From assembly GCA_030141605.1 (NCBI GenBank), contig JAQGDQ010000674.1, positions 50,616-114,615 on the forward strand: DNA of 64,000 nt. Direction: 5' to 3'. Origin of the DNA: Tubiluchus corallicola (lineage: Eukaryota > Animalia > Priapulida). The notes below the pieces were generated by a model, which was given only the letters and a program-made list of their open reading frames with translations, searched no databases and had not been told where the DNA came from. The position numbers and the translations under genes are program-made. The number at the start of each line of letters is the position of its first letter. Positions within the stretch are counted from its first letter, which is position 1. Positions 53,840 to 64,000 of the stretch are shown piece by piece.

Positions 53840-56800
53840 TCACTTCCATAGTTTAACTGCACCGTCACGTGAAGCGGAAATGATGAGCGTCATCGACGTC
53901 GCGCACACGTTCACGTCGCTGATGATGTCATGGTGGCCAACGGGTGGAGCTTCCGGCCCCCGCCGTGGCGTGTCCTCGGCACCAGGATGAATCTTTGCTT
54001 TGCTGTAAGCCTCTTGGATAACTTCAGTGCCATCTATGAGGCGAGATCTGAAATAAACAAGTGTTTGATGGTTGAATTTGCTGATCATCATTCATCATCA
54101 TTCATCATTCTTTATAAAATCACTGATATAATAAATAATCAGTCAAAGCAAGATCTGTGGCGAGATCTGTTTGGTGACGATGATGACAGCCATGATGCAG
54201 ATCAATCACCTAACCAGCAAAGCACTACTAATGATAATACGTCGAAATGCGGTTGTGTCCAAAAAAGTTCACATGATGTTGACTGGGAGAAGAAAAAGAA
54301 TAAAAATGAGAGAGTAGATAAAGATAGATAACCATCACTTTTAATTATTATTACACAAAAGTACTACGCTGTATATACAAAATAAAATCTAATATCGGGT
54401 GGCACAGAAAAAATGCACCGAAGTTTTGATTACAATAATATCAAAAGCAAATGCCCTACAAAAACAAGGTTGAAGTTTCACTATATTAGTCCTTGCATGT
54501 AAATTTTACAGGTATTACAAGTTTGAGTGCTTTTCAAATTATGGTTGAAAAGCTTTTGCAGGTTAAAAATTTAATTATCCAAAGTTAATAATCAACTGAA
54601 AAAACAGCCAGGTTAATGTATAAAGTATTCAACGGATGGCAGCACAAAATGGCATCACAATGCATTAACTTTTGACTATAAAAGTTTGAAGTTTTAGTTT
54701 TTTCAAATTATGGCCATAGAACTCTTGCAGATCAAACATTGAAACAATGTCAGCTTTGTAATAAATTCATACCTCCCTAAAGATCAGTTTCAACCTCAAG
54801 CGATTAGGGAAGCTGATTATAAGCTCACTAATTTCTTTAATGATCATTTACTCACTTTCATACAATTTTGCAAAAATCGAACCAGTTTAATTGGAGTCGT
54901 TTTTCTATGACATTAACACATTGTAACTAAACCTTTTTAATACACTACAGGCACTACAATCACTCACCAATCACCGCTACATGTTTTTCTCACTTAATTT
55001 CACGCTGTCTATAAAGAATCATTATTGTACTAGACGGTGGCGGCTCATGCATGGGTACCGTGGAGCTGCAGCACCCCCTATTTTCACTCGATATTATCGA
55101 TAATATGTAATACAATAAGTCTTATTTTTTCAGTTCTGTCTTTATAATTGTACGGAACCAGAGAGCGTTGTGGTAGTACTGTTTGCTTCACAGCCCAGCA
55201 CAGTGTGTTCCAGCAATGCGGTGTTTGGCTGCAGTGCGCATGTGGCTACGTGCACATATCTGAGCCCAGATAGAGAAAGTACTGTCACTCACACAGTTTG
55301 TTGTCAGTTGTCACGTGCTTACTGGGAATGGATTAAGCTTGAACTGCGACAATTTGGGCTATTAGTAAGCTTTGTTTATGTTTTTATCAAGTTTATGTAT
55401 GTTTATTAAAACTACAATTACGACATTAAAATTACATGTCTGTTTCATTTTATACAGTATTAAAAGAACGGTTAAAAATTTTCTGAAGCAGCACCCCCAC
55501 TAATTTTAGCAACGAGCCGCCACTGGTACTAGGGGAGATTTTTAGAAAAAAAGGCTAAAACACTCATCAAAAAGTAAATATCAACATTGATTAATATACA
55601 CAGCAGATTGGCACCACTTGTTCATTAGATATAGGACATGGCAACACTGACCCGAGTTTTTTAACACACCACTAACACTTGTTTAGCATTAACTTTGCTG
55701 CTCAATTACAATGTTACTTTAAATCACTACTAGCAAACAAAACATGGAACGACATAACAATCCTAAAGATTTGTAGACATGTTCCAGATGAAAAAGCAGC
55801 TTCATGATTTTTGGTTCTACGTACACTGTGGATTTTGAGGTAACGGCAACGGATCTGGTTCTTGGTCCCACAGTTATCTTATCCTTATCATCAGACCTAC
55901 TGCATTTTGCACCTATTTTCCTGATTGTTCCATCAATCAGTCACAATTCTCACAAACGATTGCACCTGTCATGCACAATTTTTTCACCTGCACAATGCTG
56001 AACGATAACTTCAAGCACACGCAATTCTACGAGAAAAAGTTTACATAAGTCCCCATGTTTTTCACAAAGTTATAAGGCAAGTTTAGGAATGCCAGTAATA
56101 AAGGAACAAGAAAACCCTCCACTTACATAAAGCTTAAAAAATTTGTCTTGGAATTTTATACCAATATACTGCCTTTTTGCATATAGAGCTACTATATGAA
56201 ACTTGTAAATTTAAACTCTTGTGATGACTGTCAGATGCAGTCATTTTGACGATAAGTCATATGAAACACGTTTAGAAAACGCTGAATAAAGTTTGAAAAA
56301 ATAATCAGAGCATTCGTAGAGCACAAGTCACTAGCTGAATAAAATTTTAAATTACTGTATCTTGTCAACAGGATTAAAAATACGTTTTTTTGGTTAGTAA
56401 GTGGTGCACCCTGGAAGTGAGTCAACGACATTTTTACCAATTGGTGAAAACATTTTAAATAAGAAATATTTCTCTTTTCTAGTTACATAAATCTTTCAAG
56501 CAGGTAACCGAAATGCGAAGTAATATAACTTTGCATGGAAAGTTTTTCAGAACATAATTTAACATTGCCGTTTCTTCCCCTGATTTACATTGTACGTATG
56601 TGACGTCATGTAATGGCGCCATTGGAACACTATTGCGGGAGATTTAAAATGAAAACAAACAAAAATTCCTTTCAACGCGAGTACGATAAACGCATAAAAT
56701 TGCTATAAAGTAATATAATTTTTTAAGGCGATTTTTCTGAAACCTACTTCAGGTACCCTTTTTCTTGTTCCTTAAGCAATTAAGTATGCATGGAGATATT

Positions 56801-59800
56801 GAATCATTCGCAAGTTTGACTTTGCACAATCTTCCAAAGGCCAAAATATCATATTTGTAGAAAGAAACAGGCAAGACCGAAACTAGATGAAAATCAGCCA
56901 TTAATGATGATGACAGCTGTGTAAAATCTACATTCGCAGTGAGAGAATGATTAAAGCAAAACCAGACCCAACCTGAAACAGTAGATCAAAACAATCTACT
57001 TTTTAAAATATTGAAAGGAAACACTATTTTTTAAAAAATGACTTACGTGAAAGAATTATTACCAGATAAACACAATTTCGCATTTGCGTCGCTAGTTCTT
57101 CGCTGTTACGTACATTTCGCCATTCGCTAGTTAGACGGACATTAGCACCTGCATTTCAGAAAGTGCTTTGCACAAAAATAGGTGCTATACCTCTCAGTAC
57201 AGATGTATGACGAACTAAACATGTTCCAGACCTCAGGCGTGATCACAGCTGTGAATTTCAAATTTGAATTTTTATCTTAAAACTTACATAGTTTTAGTAC
57301 AACACACTGAATCTCTTACAGCAACGCTGTACTTCAATTTTCGCTTTCGCAAATACGTACAACACGCTCGTGTAATATTTTTGTTTAAAATTATGTTAGT
57401 TTGTGATGTCATCAACAGTTGGGTTCGCCTACCATTAATAAAGTTTTTAATCTATTATTTAATTATAAGAAACGCTTTTACAGTATTAATTGTGTTAAAG
57501 CGTACACTTGTTATCGGTTTTGAAAATGGGGTAGTACATGAAAAACCACCCTGTCTTCCTCTAAAGTAAAACAGGATGACTTTTCCTAGCCTACCCCATT
57601 TTGAAGTATGGTAAAAAGTATACATTTTAACACCTACAATAATACCAAAATATTTCTCATAATTAAAGAATAGGTTAAAAACCTAACTAACGCCGTGAGA
57701 GCTCAACTAGTGATGACATCACAACTGAGCATGATTTTCAACAGCACAAACATTCCATGAGCGTGTTGCACGTATTTGCGAAGGCGAAAATTGAAACACA
57801 TTGCTATAGGACAACATTCGGTTTACAAAAACTCATATTGATATTGATATTGATAACAAATTGATATACAAAAACTATGCAAATTTCACGTTTAAAATTA
57901 AAATTTCAAGTTTACAACTGTGTTTACGCATGTGCACCATGTCACAACTGAACACCACTGAACAATGAACTGAGAGGTACAGCGCCTGTTTTTGTGCAAC
58001 GCGTTTCTGAGATGCAGGCGCTAGCGCACATCTAACTAGCGAATGATAAAGAACTAGCCCTGTGAACAAAAAATTATGCTATGCTGTGGTAATATTCTTT
58101 TACGTAAGTCATTTCTGTTATTTTTCAATATTTTATAGGGCAGATTTTCTTGAGCCATAGTTTAAGATTGGGACCGGTTTTCCTTTAACAATGCGTAAAC
58201 AATACCTACCTATAAGTAACTATGGTCTGGTTTACCAGATCGTTGGCCGCACCAGCAACAATGTAAGAATTTGCCGAAGTCTGAAGATCCCAATATCGCA
58301 ACCTCATGTCAGAACCACCCGTGACGACGAACGTACCATTCCCCACCGGTGACATGTACATGGAGTAGAGAGAATGATGGGACGCCTGATGAAAACAAGT
58401 GTAACGAATCATCACGTGTTGTGAACTAATTAAAAGCATTTGCAATGTTCATTAAAACAAAAGAGTTACGTGTATTTCAGGAGAAATACTAAACTAAACT
58501 GTAATATTTTAATTTATGATTATTTTCTATTTTTTATGTGTGCTTGCAAAGCAAAACCGTGCACAAGTCGCCATACTTGAAACTATGTTATGATAATTCA
58601 AAGAAGAGTGCACCAAAAATTTGGTCAAATGCCAATTTTGTGTTTCTTATAAAAACAAATGCTAAATATATTGGAGTTTAATATTCTGGCATCAAATTTT
58701 CAAGAAAATGTTTTAAAAATGCTAAAAATGTAATTTTATAACCCCTTACCCACTTTTCTGACTGGAAACTAGTACTGCAACTGTAAAAAAAATTGTTTTT
58801 TCAAACTGCAGTAGTAGCTCATGGAAGCAGTCATTTGTTTCTGATTTTTCTGTTGCCAAGCCCAGATCTTCATCAGAAAGAGCCATCTACTGGATTTAAA
58901 CACAACTTCAACGTGTTCTTGCAAAGTCCGTAGCAGCCAACATTTGTGCTGTTGCTAAGCATTTTGTAGAAGCGGGACAAAAAACAATGGCTGACTTTAA
59001 CAGAGATTTTCTCAAGGTAATGCTTTCAGTGTGCAGCCTGCACCTCAACTTCAATGTGGATCATCTCAGCTTAGAAATAACATAGGGCAATGAGGTTGGT
59101 ATCAAAATGATCCCCATGAAATGGCGATTCAGGATATGTGAATAACTAGAAAAGCACAATTGTCTATTTATGGATGATTTTGCTATTGCAGCACACAAAT
59201 CTCTACTATTTTTAAGTAATTTTGCAGGCTGACTGTGTTCTTTTCATAATACAGCGCATTCCAAAAAGAAACTTTGCAGAAAAAATGTAACCAAACGATT
59301 CTGGACATTTGCACAATGGCACCATATTGATGCAAAAATAATTATTACATCTAACCACCATTACTAGGGTGAATACAAGAAAGTAAATTAGAATGGAATT
59401 GAATTTGTGACTTTCAAACTCGAACCAAGTTTCAAACTCTGAATTTAGAATTGGAATCAAATTAAAATTCCATTTTAAAGATTTCGAATGAATTTTCAAA
59501 TCATTAATAAAAAGTGTGTCACAAAGATGCATATTACTTGAGACAATAAAAACACTAATAATCTGTCTAAAAATTGTGCAGAGCAAACACAGCTAAGCTG
59601 TACAGATTACATGATGTTTCAAAAGTTTTAATGATAAAGAGTGTATGTAGTTGAAATGCTGAATTATTTGAATCTATAAATTTAGGTTAGAGTTGAATCC
59701 AAACTAAAAAACTCCTTCGAATTGAATTCGAATGTTTGATGCTCACCCCATAACCATTATCCGATTTTCCTTTCATATGATTTGCATGAGATCGACTTTT

Positions 59801-62800
59801 GTGAAACCATTAGCAGATGCTCGACTTTTGTGAAACCGTTAGTAACTATTCAGCTTTGTCAAACAGTTAGCAGATTACTGACTTTTGTGAAATCGTTAGT
59901 AACTATTCAGCTTTGTCAAACAGTTAGCAGATGCTCGACTTTTGTGAAACCGTTAGTAACTATTCAGCTTTGTCAAACAGTTAGCAGATGCTCGACTTTT
60001 GTGAAACTGTTAGTAACTATTCAGCTTTGTCAAACAGTTAGCAGATGCTCGACTTTTGTGAAACTGTTAGTAACTATTCAGCTTTGTCAAACAGTTAGCA
60101 GATTACTGACTTTTGCAAAACTGTTAGTAACTATTCAGCTTTTGTCAAACAGTTAGCAGATTACTGACTTTTGTGAAACCGTTAGTAACTATTCAGCTTT
60201 GTCAAACAGTTAGCAGATGCTCGACTTTTGTGAAACTGTTAGTAACTATTCAGCTTTGTCAAACAGTTAGCAGATGCTCGACTTTTGTGAAACTGTTAGT
60301 AACTATTCAGCTTTGTCAAACAGTTAGCAGATTACTGACTTTTGTGAAACCGTTAGTAACTATTCAGCTTTGTCAAACAGTAAGCAGATTACTGACTTTT
60401 GCAAAACTGTTAGTAACTATTCAGCTTTTGTCAAACAGTTAGCAGATTACTGACTTTTGTGAAACCGTTAGTAACTATTCAGCTTTGTCAAACAGTTAGC
60501 AGATTACTGACTTTTGTGAAACCGTTAGTAACTATTCAGCTTTGTCAAACAGTTAGCAGATGCTCGACTTTTGTGAAACCGTTAGTAACTATTCAGCTTT
60601 GTCAAACAGTTAGCAGATTACTGACTTTTGTGAAACCGTTAGTAACTATTCAGCTTTGTCAAACAGTTAGCAGATTACTGACTTTTGTGAAACCGTTAGT
60701 AACTATTCAGCTTTGTCAAACAGTTAGCAGATGCTCGACTTTTGTGAAACCGTTAGTAACTATTCAGCTTTGTCAAACAGTTAGCAGATTACTGACTTTT
60801 GTGAAACCGTTAGTAACTATTCAGCTTTGTCAAACAGTTAGCAGATTACTGACTTTTGTGAAACCGTTAGTAACTATTCAGCTTTGTCAAACAGTTAGCA
60901 TATTACTGACTTTTGTGAAATCGTTAGTAACTATTCAGCTTTGTCAAACAGTTAGCAGATTACTGACTTTTGTGAAACCGTTAGTAACTATTCAGCTTTG
61001 TCAAACAGTTAGCAGATGCTCGACTTTTGTGAAACCGTTAGTAACTATTCAGCTTTGTCAAACAGTTAGCAGATTACTGACTTTTGTGAAACCGTTAGTA
61101 ACTATTCAGCTTTGTCAAACAGTTAGCAGATTACTGACTTTTGTGAAACCATTAGTAACTATTCAGCTTTGTCAAACAGTTAGCATATTACTGACTTTTG
61201 TGAAATCGTTAGTAACTATTCAGCTTTGTCAAACAGTTAGCAGATTACTGACTTTTGTGAAACCGTTAGTAACTATTCAGCTTTGTCAAACGGTTAGCAG
61301 ATTACTGACTTTTGTGAAACCGTTTGTAACTATTCAGCTTTGTCAAACAGTTAGCAGATTACTGACTTTTGTGAAACCGTTAGTAACTATTCAGCTTTGT
61401 CAAACAGTTAGCAGATTACTGACTTTTGTGAAATCGTTAGTAACTATTCAGCTTTGTCAAACAGTTAGCAGATTACTGACTTTTGTGAAACCGTTAGTAA
61501 CTATTCAGCTTTTGTCAAACAGTAAGCAGATTACTGACTTTTGCAAAACTGTTAGTAACTATTCAGCTTTTGTCAAACAGTTAGCAGATTACAGACTTTT
61601 GTGAAACCGTTAGTAACTATTCAGCTTTTGTCAAACAGTAAGCAGATTACTGACTTTTGCAAAACTGTTAGTAACTATTCAGCTTTTGTCAAACAGTTAG
61701 CAGATTACTGACTTTTGTGAAACCGTTAGTAACTATTCAGCTTTGTCAAACAGTTAGCAGATTACTGACTTTTGTGAAACCGTTAGTAACTATTCAGCTT
61801 TTGTCAAACAGTTAGCAGATTACTGACTTTTGTGAAACCGTTAGTAACTATTCAGCTTTTGTCAAACAGTTAGCAGTTTACTGACTTTTATGAAACCGTT
61901 AGTAACTATTCAGCTTTTGTCAAACAGTTAGCAGATTACTGACTTTTGTGAAACCGTTTGTAACTATTCAGCTTTGTCAAACAGTTAGCAGTTTACTGAC
62001 TTTTGTGAAACCGTTAGTAACTATTCAGTAACAGTAGATGACAGACTCTTGTGAAACCGTCAGTAGATGACAGACTTTTGTGAAACCGTCAGTAGATGAC
62101 AGACTTTTGTGAAACCGTCACTAGATGACAGACTTTTGTGAAACCGTCAGCAGATTACTGACTTTTGTGAAACCGTCACTAGATGACAGGCTTTTGTGAA
62201 ACCGTCACTAGATGACAGACTTTTGTGAAACCGTCACTAGATGACAGACTTTTCATTACTGATTTTTGTGAAACCGTCACTAGATGACAGACTTTTGTGA
62301 AACCGTCAGCAGATTACTGACTTTTGTAAAACTGTTATAGATTCTGAAATTTTGTGAAACCATTGGTAAATATATGAGTTTTGTGAAGCTGTTTACCTGC
62401 AGCTTCCTTGAGTGTTTATGCTACTAGTTACAAATAGGTATGTTAATAAAGGAGTAGAAACTCAAAAATGAAACCATTTTCCACAAAAACTACCAGAAAT
62501 GAGACCAACAGAATATTACAAGTTATTAAACAGCGACAAAAACAAAAGTCAACATTCTCGTCAAAACTTCTACCTGTTTAGTAGACAACGCCGGAGCAGT
62601 GCTAGCCCACAATGCCATCTGGCGAGCTCCGGTCTCAACGTTCCACATGGACACTTCATTATTGCCCTGAACTGAAGCCAAGAGCCACGACGGTTGAGTA
62701 GGATGAACTAAGAGTCTACGCACGCGTGCACCTATAAGCAAAGCACAAAAATAATCCGTAACGCAAGACATCGTCGTAAGGAAACGTCTGTGAAACCATC

Positions 62801-63445
62801 ATCTGAATCGATAGTAAACAGCACAACTGTGAAACCTTCTCTCTGAATCAGAACAAGAAGCACAAAGTGCTGATAAATAGTCTCCGAACCTTGATAAACA
62901 TTTTATAATTTTGTTTCCCATTATTCTATACAAAAGGTAGGAAGAAGAAGTCATCCTGTGATGAAAACTTACCTGCCGGATGTCTGACGTTAGCAATAGG
63001 AAGTTGAAAGCGAATGTCCCAGCAAACAATACTGCCGCTAGCTGTACCTACGGCCATCCAACTTTGACGTGGGTCGACACAGAATGCCGTAGTCAGACCT
63101 GTTGAAAATATTTATAACTTCCAAATGAAGTAAGTGTGGTGACTGAGACAAAGATCACCCAACGACTAATCGTCTATTCTAAAATGGCTAATTCTAATCA
63201 CTGACTAATATCAAAATGGCAGGAAGCAAAACTATCTCTTTCAAAACTGTAAAACAGTTTGCTCCATTGAAGCATTAGCTTTTGCAATATACGAACAAAA
63301 TCCTGGAACTAACTGAGCATAACTAAAACTAAGAACACACCATGTTTTATGCTGTTTTTCAGTCTCCAAGCGTCTTTGTTAGTTCGCATGTCCCAACCAA
63401 TAATGTATCCATTAGCCGTAGCGTATGCTATTATCCACTGCGAAC
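53840..63445 (-). CDS. PIK3R4: Phosphoinositide 3-kinase regulatory subunit 4 / Vps15, 3' part (last five exons, WD40 domain); gene continues beyond the window
   Basis: complement(join(53840-54047,58210-58385,62574-62731,62973-63098,63341-63445)). Peptides [21 protein letters not shown]; [19 protein letters not shown]...WDIRFQLPI; [24 protein letters not shown]; [13 protein letters not shown]; [22 protein letters not shown]...[11 protein letters not shown], which matches the characteristic PIK3R4 C-terminus. Confidence 0.93.
55035..55525. mobile_element. hAT-like MITE (CAGTGGCGGCTCGT TIR family)
   Basis: cggtggcggctc...gagccgccactg with 8-bp TSD gtactaga/gtactagg. Confidence 0.8.
56165..56770. 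mobile_element. Same interspersed repeat family
   Basis: Shares gtgcaccctgga...gtaatataactttgcatggaaagtt...tgacgtcatgtaatggcgc...ggtaccctttt with 38570-39180. Confidence 0.6.
56955..58184. mobile_element. Inverted dimer of Kolobok-like elements with TTAA TSD
   Basis: ttaa-AGCAAAACCAGACCC...GGACCGGTTTTCCT-ttaa; junction ccctgtcttcctctaaagtaaaacaggatg. Confidence 0.7.
59365..59752. mobile_element. hAT-like MITE, same family, older inverted copy
   Basis: Degenerate TIRs; TSD accattac/accattat. Confidence 0.65.
59790..62340. repeat. About 2.5-kb intronic satellite: 57-bp unit (about 39 copies) grading into a 29-bp unit
   Basis: Unit cttttgtgaaaccgttagtaactattcagctttgtcaaacagttagcagattactga; after about 62030 the unit is cttttgtgaaaccgtcaStagatgacaga. 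Confidence 0.97.
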
Positions 63446-63619
63446 CTGAAAACAATGAGTGCATAGAAAACTTTGCTGTGTGTTCACAGCTGTCTTCAAA
63501 GCCACACTAATAACATTACAAATTAGCTTACTGTTACATGAACTTGTAGTGAAGTTTGTCTTAGAAACTATGGCATTTATCTTAAGATTCGCTTTCAAAA
63601 GATCTCTATTCATGGTGCC

Positions 63620-63970
63620 ATCAAATCTGTCGGTGTCTGTCAGAAGAGAGTGTATTTGATGTTCATCAGTCCATTTTTTGGTCTGCAATGCATGTCCTCA
63701 TCAAGTCTGTCAGTGTCTGTCAGAAGAGAGTGTATTTGCTGTTCGTCAGTCCATTTTTTGGTCTGCAATGCATGTCCTCATCAAGTCTGTCAGTGTCTGT
63801 CAGAAGAGAGTGTATTTGCTGTTCGTCAGTCCATTTTTTGGTCTGCAGTGCATGTCCTCATCAAGTCTGTCGGTGTCTGTCAGAAGAGAGTGTATTTGCT
63901 GTTCGTCAGTCCATTTTTTGGTCTGCAATGCATGTCCTCATCAAGTCTGTCAGTGTCTGTCAGAAGAGAG
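63620..63970. repeat. 80-bp tandem repeat, about 4.3 copies, followed by (GA)n
   Basis: Unit gtctgtcagtgtctgtcagaagagagtgtatttgctgttcgtcagtccattttttggtctgcaatgcatgtcctcatcaa. Confidence 0.93.
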
Positions 63971-64000
63971 AGAGAGAGAGAGAGAGAGGTGGTCTCATGT

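Noticed and set aside
59782-61604. 381-aa repetitive ORF and its neighbours
   Set aside because: Translation of a 57-bp satellite in a PIK3R4 intron; broken by 1-bp indels and lacking gene signals.

Overview
Eukaryotic, AT-rich, intron- and repeat-rich animal genomic DNA from a non-vertebrate bilaterian (the myosin reads protostome-like; the taxon cannot be fixed from sequence alone). Three spliced genes were reconstructed by hand with GT-AG introns and consistent phases: a complete 10-coding-exon UDP-glucose 6-dehydrogenase (UGDH, +, 6842-25904, 478 aa), a complete muscle-type myosin II heavy chain (+, 37294-51561, about 1957 aa, with two candidate terminal exons) and the last five exons of PIK3R4/VPS15 (-, 53840-63445). 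An orphan, tandemly amplified SLC23/NAT transporter exon lies at the left edge. Introns and spacers contain many non-autonomous DNA transposons (hAT-, piggyBac-, pogo/Tigger- and Kolobok-like, several with readable TSDs), CR1/L2-group LINE fragments, tRNA-SINEs and at least seven minisatellite arrays. The most notable item is a 553-bp TSD-flanked 5S rRNA-derived SINE whose tail keeps the C-terminal codons of an RTE LINE ORF. Most ORFs in the supplied track are repeat or antisense artefacts. No prokaryotic features such as CRISPR arrays are present.
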